DNA of 54,169 nucleotides from a virus. Taxonomy: Duplodnaviria > Caudoviricetes. The DNA is taken from positions 1 through 54,169 of IMG/VR virus record IMGVR_UViG_3300048839_000345, one strand, 5' to 3'. Under the pieces are notes generated by a model. It was given only the letters and a program-made list of their open reading frames with translations. It ran no database searches and was not told where the DNA came from. The position numbers were made by a program, and so were the translations under genes. Positions 17,201-24,755 of the stretch are shown here, piece after piece (positions within the stretch are counted from its first letter, which is position 1; each line of letters opens with the position of its first letter).

Positions 17201-20154
17201 TCGTCACCTCGACGGCGGCCGACGCGCGCACGCCAGACGAAATTGCAGCCAAGCTGGGCTTCGCAGACGGGGAGACCATGCTCAACATGCTGGCGCTCAT
17301 GGGCAACCGCGACCAGTGGGTCAAAGAGGAAACCGACCGGCGCATGCGGGAGGAGTTCGGCGACCCGATGGCGGACGGCACGTTCGAGGAAGAGGCCCGC
17401 GTCATCGCCGAGGCTGAGGTGATGTCCCGCGCCGCCGAGATCGAGATGGAAGCACTGGCCCGCGCTGTGGGGGAGCCTGCCGCCTCGAAGCTCGCCAAAG
17501 AAATGGCGATGGACTCGCTGGGTCTGATGACGGTCAAGGAACTGGAGGGCTGGGAGCGGTTTCTGAACGCCGAGCGCCGCGAGATGAACAACACGCTGGA
17601 GGCCGTCAAGCGCGGCGACATGGTGCAGGCGTTCATTCACAAGCGGCGGCAGCTGGTGAACATGCACCTCGCCCGGGCCGCGCGCGAAAAGTCGATTGCG
17701 ATTGAGAAAACCCGCAAGGACCTGCTGACCTACTATTCGTCCAAGGGCCGCCGGGACAAGATCGCGCCGGACTATCTGGAAAAGATCGAGGCCCTTCTGG
17801 AGGGGTATGAGCTGCGCGCCTCGAAGCAGGGGCCGGGCGAGCAGAAGCGGCGGATGTCGGCGAAGGAGTATGTGGACCAGATGATCGCCGATGGCCGCGA
17901 GGCTGAAATTGCGCCGGAAGCGATGATGCTGGCGGAGATGGCAGGCAACAAAGTCTGGCGCGGCCTGACGGCGGATGAGGTCGATTACCTTGCCGGGACG
18001 GTGAAGAACCTGGCCCACCTTGGCCGCACCAAAGGGCGGCTGATGCGAGAGCAGGAGAAGCGCCGGTTTGACGCTGTGGTGGCGGAATTGGTGGATACGC
18101 TGATGGCGGCGCCAAGTTCGCGCCCGCGCGGCAAGTCGTTCTCTCCGGGCGCGGTGGAGGAAGTCACGACCCGCGCGAGCCAGTTTGATGCCAAGCTCAC
18201 AAAGATCCAGGACGAGCTTGAACTTCTGGACGGGCGCGAAGCAGGGCCGCTGCAAACTACGCTGCTGCTTCCCATGGAGCAGGCGGATGTCCGTAAGGGC
18301 ACAATGATGCGGGGCGCCATCAAGGAAATTCGCCGCCTCTGGAATGATGTGCCGGCCCAACTTCGTCGCCAGACCTTGAGCCGCCGGGTGGCAACGCCTG
18401 AGCTTAAACTTCCGACCAATGAGAACATGACCTTGATGGACGTGGTCATCATCGGTCTCAACTGGGGCAACGCTGGCAATCGCCAGGCCCTCATTGATGG
18501 ATACGGCTGGGACCCTGCCTCTGTTGAGGCCGTTCTGGATCGCTATCTGACAAACGAGCACTGGCAATTCATCGAGGGTGTCTGGAGCCTGATCGGCTCC
18601 TACAAGGCCGACGCTTTTGCTCTTGAAAAACGCATCACCGGTGTCGAACCAAAAGCCGTGGAAGGCATCACCTTCACGCTACCGTCTGGCCGCGTGGTGA
18701 AGGGGCAGTACTACCCGCTCAAGTACGATGCCGATCAGGAAAGCGCACTCTCGGTCAAACAGCAAAAGCTGGACGAGAAGCAGATGCTGTCCGAGATGGG
18801 GCTTTCGTTCTCGAAGCCCATGACAAAGACGGGTCACCTGATCTCGCGCGTCGGCTCCGGCGGCAAGCCGGTGAAGGTGTCGATTGATGTCTTCTATGAG
18901 CATGTCGAGAATGTCGTGCATGACATCGCGTTCCGCCCAGCGGTGATTGATGCGTTCAAGATTATCCGTGATCCGCGCTTTACTCAGGCGTACATCGACG
19001 CGGCCGGTAAGGCTCAGTATGACCGGCTGCTGCCATGGCTGCACTCCATTGCCACCAACAACCGGGCGCGGTTCTCCTCGACCTTCGCCAGGACGATGAC
19101 GTTCTTCCGGGGCAGCTGGTCCATCGCGATTATGGGCTACTCCTTCAGCACGGCGACCCAGCAGCTGACCGGCTATCTGGAGGCGGGGACCGAGATCGGG
19201 GGGCGGTGGGTTATGCAAGGCGCGCTCAAGTCCCTGTCGATGGGGCCTGCCTCGTTCTGGCGTGAATGGGCGTTCATCCGCGACCGAAGCGAGTACCTGT
19301 CCAACCGCGTGGCGTTCGGCAAGGAGCGTGACATTCGAGCCGTCCGCACCCGAGCAACGATTGGCGGGCCGCTGACACCCATCGGTGACAACGCGTTCGT
19401 GTTCCTCAGCGTGATGGATGCGATTGTCGGCACCGCTGTCTGGCGCGGCGCTTATGACAAAGCGATGGCTGGCAAGGTCAAGGGCATTACCAACGGCGAG
19501 GAAGACGCTGCGATTGCTTACGCTGACCGGGCGGTCCAGCGGTCCCTGTCGTCTGGCGAAACGTATGCCCTGCCTGAAATCATGCGTGAGGGCGAGATCA
19601 GCGCGTTGATGACCATGGTCTATTCCTATGGCTCGAAAACCTACAACCGCCAGCGTGTCCGCAACATGAAACTGCGGCAGGGCCGCATTGGTGTGGCAGA
19701 GTTCACGATCAACACGCTGATTGCTTTCACGGCTGTGCCGATCCTGGCCGCTCTGCTGGCTGGCAGGTTGTGGCCGGATGACGAGGAAGAATGGGAAGAG
19801 CGCGGCGATGATGTCGGCAACGAAATCCTGATGAACGCGGCCGGCACTACGCCTTTTGTGCGGGACATGATTACGCTGCTCGCCAAGCCTCAGTATGGCT
19901 ACCAGCTGTCCCCGGTCCAGAGCACGTTTGAGCAGATCGGCGTGGCGACCCGCTCGGCCGCCGAAGGCAAGACCTTCGACAACGAATACCAAGTCAAGCA
20001 GGCGGTCATGGCCATCAGCACGATATTCCGCCTGCCGGGCGGCCAGCTGTTTGAAACCGGTGACTACGTGTACGACCTTTACATGGGCGATGAGGACCCA
20101 TTGGAAGACCCCGCAGACGCGGCACGGGAGGCGTTCATTCGGAGCGAACGGTAG
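8239..20154 (+). CDS. Giant polyvalent internal virion/ejection protein (gp16/DarB-like) with ART-like, HEXXH metallopeptidase-like, HhH-glycosylase-like and EEIQSD domains
   Basis: 3971 aa, third ejection-protein position; FHGT...GEGAQAFGPGHYF (~11060-11945), HEGAH (12052-12066), GPKIG...MDRW...QALLW (~13600-14840), EEIQSDWHQ (15673-15699). Confidence 0.85.
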   Translation: MADGTDPVSLEEQRRQAADRLFAQEMADEDQRKAFRQQSWDMTQPPPDQAGEALQLGNKFGVPRKAVEADPDYWKRRDQEARRKLLMEASPRTMAWLDDEDNYAVAKDDVDILSQIESTFSKIGYAAKGGFQRFAAVGVAGERQAMGETMEFYRQRDEWEARQERRKKLGQDAPRGWRTVRVPDVGTISGFDVPISYGNLDTAPVASGIVREEVRKALPESMRPMFASQVGIDDAKAVRGVLERRMATVDARARAKVEEFTETLEKAQTGNYVADGLLSGVTSLTEMAPSMAAFFALRGRGGATVASGAMGVQVAGAEYLEGIYNLNLSERDASDRALLQAGVEIVTERISLGYLDELLKSDRGFVSKLALSMGQEQIQEQFATLGNRLVDIPYVDQDMTIGRFVEETPYYAGQTALATLVASGITNTTLIGLDTAVRDMVERSLLSQPSAGDAAIDAVLKKAKESRLGKRSPEKLKDVLDRQAAGTGVETVTVDLDELAQTLKAKGVELSDALDGLGVPRDELQQKWENFGEIEVKLSDLATSDLMRLHGAETQANTRRNDDPYTPARKEKMRAALDPEMRETAKRIYDDLQNGADMAEKEQQVADRVRQRIRGAGILAEREQENASVAIQTAMVTTLARRVGADPLEFFDQHYPRIQGSIDGMVAEEGALESSASPSNKEARLAFFEAMPEVLESARRHSEKIRGNADSVDADLSNPGFLERQYLEDLNRKKNELNEKAQDANQAGDAVAYEAFADQADEVRQQIKAEEARQKQAVKRAMEEGALESGATSIVARGEYSRGLGAFSVEIVPEQRADGSYVLTRKITDESGERQEYFSKDGSWQSGRPSTVVFGANIGQITEGPEVFPDISSALQMGRDAGLPEGASIVSGNVAAGDLLAQEITMPDLDNKDEVEAALNDPETDVLPLTEGMQILELDEFIAFHGTTAKFDQFKSDKIGAGEGAQAFGPGHYFTQSAGVANWYRKRMKKLSPGIKLGKESFNKANPAHFALAEYWKYRDKFLHHDLFGGYRSLASDMTHSGALERAIFSLQYEIDQIESPFLYPGRAASEYAAADRPVIRDRKELAAFLKQGLSYLKTLDPKSSKGIPKPRKPTIRGGGNIYTVAVKLPAEATIQYDKPFGQQPAAVQKAFREAAEAGTLGEVADLIAKYGAATRMGPLVAALKKSDTPAMEIMRRNGVRGVRYLDGMSRGKRNPANQTFNYVVFNDGDVKVLDRKGLLFQELDQQRRGQFSPSRNIITMFEAADVTTLMHEGAHWYLAEIERMAMAENAHPFVTEQWEAVKKWGKVGPDFRMYDDMGRVTPEGRELQEAFAETFEVYLQTGKAPVPSLREAFRAFKQWITALWRDIRTGKIRLPERANLSPEITRVMDRMLAVDEEIESQTAEVVTKAEAMANDLYDRGIITKRQRDAAIMNLEQAREAAKEDLMAQIMQAEMRVREAQLSAEQRRIKGDVTREYDRSAVGRAVSWLGYGTWKGDVPVSETEGLDSEVEFYQSIRTATRMPMEDIYAWVVNNVDSKIQQFSSGDEGTMMSWRLSDAPDAPRVLLSIRLSRKGRADVNLFLNNKMADALDEISDPVERSRIATEMFSQAIMVMRQYSAETPDLKAFNFIAAENEKAGRKAKSREELYRFMLSTMRMDGYTAYEIGSQTSVVRQADGVKSADPLFDGAGFVMIRDGVDVDEFARNEILRGSQSGGDAGEVVTALTAVRLSRPARGGMDRGRLEAGRADPGGAVDDTLGQSPLTPENYKPVEEIASVDDSFAFARSQPFATNRELKVEMQRRVESAAEDNNADLSDEDYLVRMTERDARSALIGNANAVGWYDEKVRKSITALTLLHPELETDAEARFAFTWALAVTSNGLKVDKNFELAETVYSAWKASSADGASRRMPTNVGIGQAAGAINKSLGLYNTLVEKHGVQVVLEFMTARQTVKQVQDFTGENVSGENLTTEVFGAAALGPKIGNGFFMNLYGEFGQLTMDRWLMRTWGRWNATLITDYSRQARESRKKLGALLKLLSNEDKRALEKIIRRPIKLREIDEVGLAIQRASQKPALREKMNELGWFGNDEPSEITDILGPFPKGKPRKSVGAEVRKRGNALAKYLDGQKEQPSGPPERAKIRAVFARALDNLKNDFPTLTMADLQALLWYPEKRLYDTAKAKEGEETEGYEDDEAPDYANAARNLVVSKGVSEASVRDAYARIDADVQAARRAGRVERGGQGRSGDGSLGTQDGALQDDTLGQEAAPTFYSALGRFIASSNTARAPAAQWKGMISNAPGVKAEEVEWTGVMDWLDASEGPVTREALAAFVEANGVRVEEVSKGGAGAAPAFQIDGEFNVPAIRDAIGRALRDGATDYGDLQMNLENDGDFYRYMERSYPEYFEEDEADSGRLAERVLEDAEVNFGAATKFESYVLPGGTGYTELLLTIPKVRGPETHWDEDSVVAHTRFKERTGPNGERVLALEEIQSDWHQQGREDGYEQTVDPQVAEDARAAFEKARIERNAADKAILDFIAEMEKPDLRTLFEAIYWGSSRDSAFFDDLVESVYATADFRNLTEQQQQLIRRRGLQELRMNYTGFSKEARAQISELGANFDAAQLRFTEADTAYMNAAYPGGVPNAPFKNNAWANLVLKRMIRYAAENGFDAVAWIPGNVQNGQIVEDTGDNRGDFYDKIVPNLASKLGKKYGAKVGRMPLDAATRDEGNRRLGYEVVDENGDQYDSFDTIQAAQQAAEDAGPGYAVRGLGAPPVMFHSLPITPELAAAAMTEGFPLFQRGDPKGWGETAPPPDLPPMRLDLEAVRELYGEDAVRRLPKPIRDRSRDKTSIDGMMDIIRANVKTLKRKPPMTLFQYIRSRKARTVAGQTVPIKKWGIKGAADELKAMNREDLINETNGIHIDYVRESAAEAGYLPEDATLNDFLNAIDREARGEPVYSRFDQKEVEDQRFAKEWADWLDSQGVDMFEANQKKLKAEIAKIVTSTAADARTPDEIAAKLGFADGETMLNMLALMGNRDQWVKEETDRRMREEFGDPMADGTFEEEARVIAEAEVMSRAAEIEMEALARAVGEPAASKLAKEMAMDSLGLMTVKELEGWERFLNAERREMNNTLEAVKRGDMVQAFIHKRRQLVNMHLARAAREKSIAIEKTRKDLLTYYSSKGRRDKIAPDYLEKIEALLEGYELRASKQGPGEQKRRMSAKEYVDQMIADGREAEIAPEAMMLAEMAGNKVWRGLTADEVDYLAGTVKNLAHLGRTKGRLMREQEKRRFDAVVAELVDTLMAAPSSRPRGKSFSPGAVEEVTTRASQFDAKLTKIQDELELLDGREAGPLQTTLLLPMEQADVRKGTMMRGAIKEIRRLWNDVPAQLRRQTLSRRVATPELKLPTNENMTLMDVVIIGLNWGNAGNRQALIDGYGWDPASVEAVLDRYLTNEHWQFIEGVWSLIGSYKADAFALEKRITGVEPKAVEGITFTLPSGRVVKGQYYPLKYDADQESALSVKQQKLDEKQMLSEMGLSFSKPMTKTGHLISRVGSGGKPVKVSIDVFYEHVENVVHDIAFRPAVIDAFKIIRDPRFTQAYIDAAGKAQYDRLLPWLHSIATNNRARFSSTFARTMTFFRGSWSIAIMGYSFSTATQQLTGYLEAGTEIGGRWVMQGALKSLSMGPASFWREWAFIRDRSEYLSNRVAFGKERDIRAVRTRATIGGPLTPIGDNAFVFLSVMDAIVGTAVWRGAYDKAMAGKVKGITNGEEDAAIAYADRAVQRSLSSGETYALPEIMREGEISALMTMVYSYGSKTYNRQRVRNMKLRQGRIGVAEFTINTLIAFTAVPILAALLAGRLWPDDEEEWEERGDDVGNEILMNAAGTTPFVRDMITLLAKPQYGYQLSPVQSTFEQIGVATRSAAEGKTFDNEYQVKQAVMAISTIFRLPGGQLFETGDYVYDLYMGDEDPLEDPADAAREAFIRSER
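13337..13498 (+). CDS. Putative nested acidic microprotein 1 (+1 frame inside giant gene)
   Basis: MSSPEMRYFAALRAGETPEKSSRPSPPSASLVPPVEEWTEDDWKLAELILAAL; GGAG upstream; codon bias switches to this frame; start uncertain (ATGs at 13322, 13331, 13337, 13352). Confidence 0.5.
   Translation: MSSPEMRYFAALRAGETPEKSSRPSPPSASLVPPVEEWTEDDWKLAELILAAL
14882..15007 (+). CDS. Putative nested acidic microprotein 2 (+1 frame inside giant gene)
   Basis: MPESMPTYRPLDEQDEWNEEARDEAEMAALELKMARSKTTP; codon bias switches to this frame; start uncertain (14750, 14882 or 14894). Confidence 0.45.
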   Translation: MPESMPTYRPLDEQDEWNEEARDEAEMAALELKMARSKTTP

Positions 20155-20160
20155 CCATCC

Positions 20161-20190
20161 ACCGTCCACCAACACCCGCCGGTTTATGGT
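20161..20190 (+). promoter_or_regulatory. Putative late promoter motif (probably leaderless transcript)
   Basis: ACCGT-CCA-CCAAC-N11-TATGGT, ATG at 20197. Confidence 0.6.
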
Positions 20191-20196
20191 GGCACC

Positions 20197-20610
20197 ATGC
20201 TGGACAGACGACCGCCACCCCGCTCCGAGTTCGACAGCGACGCCGCGTGGGGTCGTGCCCGAGCCTTGTATTTCAAGAACCTTCCCCAACGGAAAGCGCC
20301 CGAACCGGTCGTGATTGAGCGGGAGGTGATCCGCGAGGTGCCTGTCGAGGTGATCCGCGAGGTCGAAGTGATCCGGGAGGTGCGCGTTGAAGCGTCCCCG
20401 GCTGAGATCGAAATACCGGCGTTTCTGCGCCCCATCCCGGGAGAGGACTTCATTGCCTCCGAACTGCAGCCCGGCGAGTCAATGGACGAGGCCGGCGAGC
20501 GCCTGCGCCTGGAACTGGAAATCCTGCTGAACCGGGAAAAGAATGGCCCCCTGAGCGAGAGTTCGGAGGCGCGCAAACGTGAACTGACGAGTGGACTTGG
20601 AAGGGGCTGA
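20197..20610 (+). CDS. Hypothetical protein with VIREV repeats
   Basis: 137 aa; EREVIREVPVEVIREVEVIREVRVE. Confidence 0.7.
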   Translation: MLDRRPPPRSEFDSDAAWGRARALYFKNLPQRKAPEPVVIEREVIREVPVEVIREVEVIREVRVEASPAEIEIPAFLRPIPGEDFIASELQPGESMDEAGERLRLELEILLNREKNGPLSESSEARKRELTSGLGRG

Positions 20611-20612
20611 GT

Positions 20613-21014
20613 TTGGCAGATGGGGAAGGCAAGGACGTTTACGATGTCCTGATGGGCATGAACGCGCAGCTAAGCCGAGTGGAGGCGAAGGTGGATGGGC
20701 TGGTCAGCCATGAACGCATGGCCGAGATTGTGAACGCCTCCCGCCGGGAATGGCGTGACGACATCCGCACGTCTCTGGCTGAAGCGCGCCATGAGCGGCA
20801 GAACGATATTCAGAAATCTGTCAGTGAGGCCGAAGCGCGACTGAGAGCAGAGATTCGCTCGTCTAATACTGAGCAGGATCGGCGCAATGAGGCGCGCGAG
20901 GAACTGATCGAAAAGACGGCTAAAAGCGTGCGTCTGCAGTTCATTGGTATCATGGGCATGGCCCTGACCGGACTTGCTTATGCACTTTATCAAATAGCAT
21001 TCAGGGGTGGGTGA
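20613..21014 (+). CDS. Coiled-coil protein with C-terminal TM helix
   Basis: 133 aa, TTG start; FIGIMGMALTGLAYALYQIAF; head of lysis region. Confidence 0.7.
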   Translation: MADGEGKDVYDVLMGMNAQLSRVEAKVDGLVSHERMAEIVNASRREWRDDIRTSLAEARHERQNDIQKSVSEAEARLRAEIRSSNTEQDRRNEAREELIEKTAKSVRLQFIGIMGMALTGLAYALYQIAFRGG

Positions 21015-22141
21015 TGGCACTGCCGCTGGGACTGAAATCGGTTCACGAAGAGCGCCGGCTGATGAAGCTGGGTTTGGCTATTGGCTTGGCCGTGATGACC
21101 ATTGCGCTGTCGTTTGTGAACGGTACGGGCGCATGGGTCAGCACCAAGTCTGTTGCTTTCACGGGGCTGGCCATCGGCGCTGAGGTGGCGCTGGTGTTTA
21201 TGTTTTCGCTGGTCGTGCTGTCGGAAACGCGCCTGCGGCAGGTCGTGGGCGGGCTGATCTTCTGCGGTCTCGCCTGGTTCTGTGTCGAGAACGGCAAGGC
21301 CGGTGTCCGACACTGGATGGATGACGTGTTCGTGGGCGATCCTGTTTCCCTGCGGGCGCAGGCTGACCTTTTGGATGCTGAGGCTGTAAAGCTGGATAGC
21401 CTGCCAGAAGATACCAAGACCGAGGCGACCGAGGATCGTCGGGCTGTGCGGGACGAACTAGCCGAACTGAAGGCCGAACTGGACCTGATGACCAGTGAAA
21501 CCCGGATCGAAGAAGCACAACGCAAGCTGACGGCGCTGGGGCTCTACACAGGCCGCATCGACGGTATCCGGGCTGAACTGACTGAGCAGGCCATGCGGCA
21601 GCGTGGTGAGGCCGTACGCAAGCGTATGGAGATATTGCAGAACCGGCTCGATCAGAACGCCGGGGTGAGTGTTGCCGAGACGGCGCTGGCGCCTGCCCAG
21701 ACGCGCCGCATCGAGGCGATCGAACTGCGCCGTCAGGCTGACGAGGTGGTCAAGCGTGAATGGTGGGCGCAGATCCTGCTGATCGTGGCTGAGGCTGCCC
21801 GCTCATTTGGCGTGTGGGCGTTCCTGATGGCGGGCACGCGCAAGACGGCGCGGGTCAATGTCGAGGCGCCTGGTCACGGGCAGATGAGCGAAGAAGACCG
21901 GGCGGCGCTCGACAAGGCGCTGGCCGATATGGCGCGCGAGAAGGAAGTGCGGGAGGCTGATCCTGTTGTCGCTGATCCTGTTGTGGTCGAGCCTGAGCCT
22001 GACGAACCTGAGGCAACTAACGAGAAGATGACGACTGCCGAAGCAGCGCGGCAGGGTGGGATTGCGTCCCAACTGGCCCGCAAAATCAGGAAGCAGGACA
22101 AGCGCGTGCCGGTTGGGCCGAACGAGTGGGGGCAGGCATGA
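21011..22141 (+). CDS. Multi-TM coiled-coil membrane protein with peptidoglycan-binding domain
   Basis: Three N-terminal TMs; EEAQRKLTALGLYTGRIDGIRAELTEQAM resembles PG_binding_1; further TM; acidic tail. Confidence 0.7.
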   Translation: MMALPLGLKSVHEERRLMKLGLAIGLAVMTIALSFVNGTGAWVSTKSVAFTGLAIGAEVALVFMFSLVVLSETRLRQVVGGLIFCGLAWFCVENGKAGVRHWMDDVFVGDPVSLRAQADLLDAEAVKLDSLPEDTKTEATEDRRAVRDELAELKAELDLMTSETRIEEAQRKLTALGLYTGRIDGIRAELTEQAMRQRGEAVRKRMEILQNRLDQNAGVSVAETALAPAQTRRIEAIELRRQADEVVKREWWAQILLIVAEAARSFGVWAFLMAGTRKTARVNVEAPGHGQMSEEDRAALDKALADMAREKEVREADPVVADPVVVEPEPDEPEATNEKMTTAEAARQGGIASQLARKIRKQDKRVPVGPNEWGQA

Positions 22142-23592
22142 TGATTGGCATCGACTTCGGCACCACGAACTCTGGCGCCGCGATCTACACACCGCAGGGC
22201 GCCCAGATGATCGAGACGGTGGAGGGCAATGACACTATGCCGTCTGCCGTGGCGCAGACCGAGACCGGCTTTGTCACCGGGCAGACGGCGCTGCGACAGT
22301 TGAGCGAGAACCCGGACTTCACGTTCAAGGCGGTTAAGCGCTTCCTTGGCGTTGACTATCACGCTGATGAGCATGGCGACTTCCAGCTGGCCGAAGGGCC
22401 GGACGGCAAGGTCTGGTGGAAGGGCCGGGACGGCCTCGTGCCGGGGACTGTGCTGGTGGCTGAGGTGCTGAAATCCATCCTGCGGGCGGCCGAGTTCCGG
22501 CTGGGCAAGCGGCCCACAGGGGCGGTTATTGCCGTGCCGGTGGACTACCGCGACCCGCAGCGCAAGGCGATTGAGGAGGCGGCGCGGCTGGCCGGGCTGG
22601 AGCAGGTCAGGCTGTTTGAGGAGCCGTTCTGCGCTGCCCTCTCCTATGGCTACGGGCACGAAGGGTTTGCCAATATTGCGGTCTATGACCTTGGCGGCGG
22701 GACGTTCGACATCACGATCCTGTCGATGAAGGACGGCGCGATGAACGTGCGGGGCATGAACGGCATCGGCTTCCTGGGCGGCACGGACTTTGACAGGCGA
22801 CTGACGGACTATTGTGTTGACCGGTTTTTCCAGGATGAGGGTGAAGACCTGAAAGCCAAGCCGCATTGCATGGTTCACCTGACAAAAAAGGCCGAGGACA
22901 CGAAGATCGCCCTGTCGGGTCACGAGAAGGCGCGGGTCTATCTGGAAAATTTCGTGGTTGCGGGCGATGGCATCAAGTCGATGAACTACCCCGTCTCGCG
23001 CGAAGACTTCGAGCAGATGACCAAAGACCTCATCAAGCGGACGATTTCTGCCGTCGATGATGCCTTGAAGCAAGCTGACATGACCGAGCGCGACATTCAC
23101 CATATCGTGCTGGTCGGCGGCCAGTCGCGCATGCCGCTGATCCATAAGGTGCTGGCCAAGAAGTTCGGGGCGCACAAGCTGGCGATCGGGCAGAAGCCTG
23201 AGTTTGCGGTTGCGCTGGGCGCCGCGCTGCATGCGGCCGAGATCGAGGGCCGCATCAAGCCGAGCGTCCTGCAGCGCATCGCGCCGTCCACGATCAGTGT
23301 TTGCCGTTTTGGTGGCGCGGCTTATGCGGTGCTGCCGAAGGGCTCGGCCTATCCGTTCAGCAAGAGCGTCGAGCTGCGCCCCGCCGGCGAAGACCAGACA
23401 ACCATGTGCGTTGAGATTGTGCAGGGGGAGGCGCTGGCGGCTGAGGAAAATACGCTCCTCACGCGGCACGTCCTGAGCATCGAGGCGGGCAGTGATGCAA
23501 CGGTCTCCCTGCGGATTGAGGCAGACCAAAACGGGCAGCTGACGATCCTGGTGGACGATCAGGTCGTATACGGCATGAGGGAAGCGGCATGA
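22138..23592 (+). CDS. Hsp70/DnaK-family protein lacking the alpha-helical lid
   Basis: IGIDFGTTNS, VYDLGGGTFDI, LGGTDFD, IVLVGGQSRMP signatures; degenerate substrate-binding beta domain; ATGA overlaps at both ends. Confidence 0.93.
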   Translation: MMIGIDFGTTNSGAAIYTPQGAQMIETVEGNDTMPSAVAQTETGFVTGQTALRQLSENPDFTFKAVKRFLGVDYHADEHGDFQLAEGPDGKVWWKGRDGLVPGTVLVAEVLKSILRAAEFRLGKRPTGAVIAVPVDYRDPQRKAIEEAARLAGLEQVRLFEEPFCAALSYGYGHEGFANIAVYDLGGGTFDITILSMKDGAMNVRGMNGIGFLGGTDFDRRLTDYCVDRFFQDEGEDLKAKPHCMVHLTKKAEDTKIALSGHEKARVYLENFVVAGDGIKSMNYPVSREDFEQMTKDLIKRTISAVDDALKQADMTERDIHHIVLVGGQSRMPLIHKVLAKKFGAHKLAIGQKPEFAVALGAALHAAEIEGRIKPSVLQRIAPSTISVCRFGGAAYAVLPKGSAYPFSKSVELRPAGEDQTTMCVEIVQGEALAAEENTLLTRHVLSIEAGSDATVSLRIEADQNGQLTILVDDQVVYGMREAA

Positions 23593-24755
23593 GCTACCAG
23601 GTCGGTCCGCGCGGGGTAAACCTGCTCACCCGGTTTGAGGGGGCCAAGCCACGCCTTGTCGCCGAGATGTGCGAGGGCGGAGCATACGAGCTTGGCTGGG
23701 GATCTACCTATCATCTCGATGGGCGCCCCGTGCAGCCCGGCGAGACGGCCACGCTGGAATATGCCATCGCCCTGCGGGCGCACGCCTTGTCGAAAGAGGC
23801 CGAGCCAGTCTGGCGTGCGCTGACGTTTGTGCCGAACCAGAACCAGATCGACGCCCTGGCCTGCCTTGCCTACAATATCGGCGGGTCGGCTGCGGCAGGC
23901 AGTTCGGTTGTCAGGCGCATGAACGAGGGCCGGTGGGAAGATGCGGCCGCCGCGTTCGGCCTGTGGACAGGATCGACCAGCGACGGCCCGGCGGCGCGCG
24001 AGGTGCTGAACGGCACGGTTCCCAAGGCGCCGAAGTGGGACGAGGTCGGCGGCAGGCTGCGCTGGATCAACCCGGACGGGAAGCCCTGCCGCTATTTTCG
24101 CCGGCTGCGCGGGCTGCTGCGGCGCCACTATGCGGAAGGCTGCCTGTCGCTCGGGCTGGACGATGAGGAAGCCTGCAAGAACGACGCCATCGCCCTGCGC
24201 ACCAAGCTGGAATGGAACGCGGCGAAGGGCTGGTGGGAAGACCAGATCATCTACCAGACGCCGTTCAGCGAAGTGCTGGATGTCGCCCGCCGCTACCCCC
24301 TCGACCTTCCCAAACCCATCCCCTCCGAACCCGACCCGCCCAAGCCCGCGCCCGTGATCGAGGTCAAGGCCGAGCCGCTGCCGGAGGCCAAACCCGATCC
24401 GAAACCCGTGGAGCCGAAAGTGACCGCGCCATCTCCGCCCCCGCCGCCGAAGCCTGCCCCGTTGCCGGCGCCGGGCTCGCTGCCCAACGATTTCGACCCA
24501 AATGCCGGTGCCAAGGCGATGGTCTACTCGCGGCGGTTCTGGGGCTGGGTGCTGATTATCATCGGCCGGTTCAGCCTGTTCTCGGACGCCAGCGCGCAAG
24601 GGCTGGCCGGGGCGTCCGGCGCTGTGGGCGAAGTGGCCAACCATATGGCCCGCGATCCGGTGCTGCTGGATATGTGGACCGGCATGTGCGTGATGCTGGT
24701 GGGCGAGGGCGTCCGCTGGTGGGGCGAGAAGCAGGCGAAGAAGGTGCTGAAATGA
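23589..24755 (+). CDS. Endolysin (GH24 lysozyme-like) with Pro-rich linker and C-terminal TM segments
   Basis: LLTRFEG...ELGWGST, NQNQIDALACLAYNIG, RGLLRRHYAE; followed by spanin pair. Confidence 0.85.
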   Translation: MSYQVGPRGVNLLTRFEGAKPRLVAEMCEGGAYELGWGSTYHLDGRPVQPGETATLEYAIALRAHALSKEAEPVWRALTFVPNQNQIDALACLAYNIGGSAAAGSSVVRRMNEGRWEDAAAAFGLWTGSTSDGPAAREVLNGTVPKAPKWDEVGGRLRWINPDGKPCRYFRRLRGLLRRHYAEGCLSLGLDDEEACKNDAIALRTKLEWNAAKGWWEDQIIYQTPFSEVLDVARRYPLDLPKPIPSEPDPPKPAPVIEVKAEPLPEAKPDPKPVEPKVTAPSPPPPPKPAPLPAPGSLPNDFDPNAGAKAMVYSRRFWGWVLIIIGRFSLFSDASAQGLAGASGAVGEVANHMARDPVLLDMWTGMCVMLVGEGVRWWGEKQAKKVLK

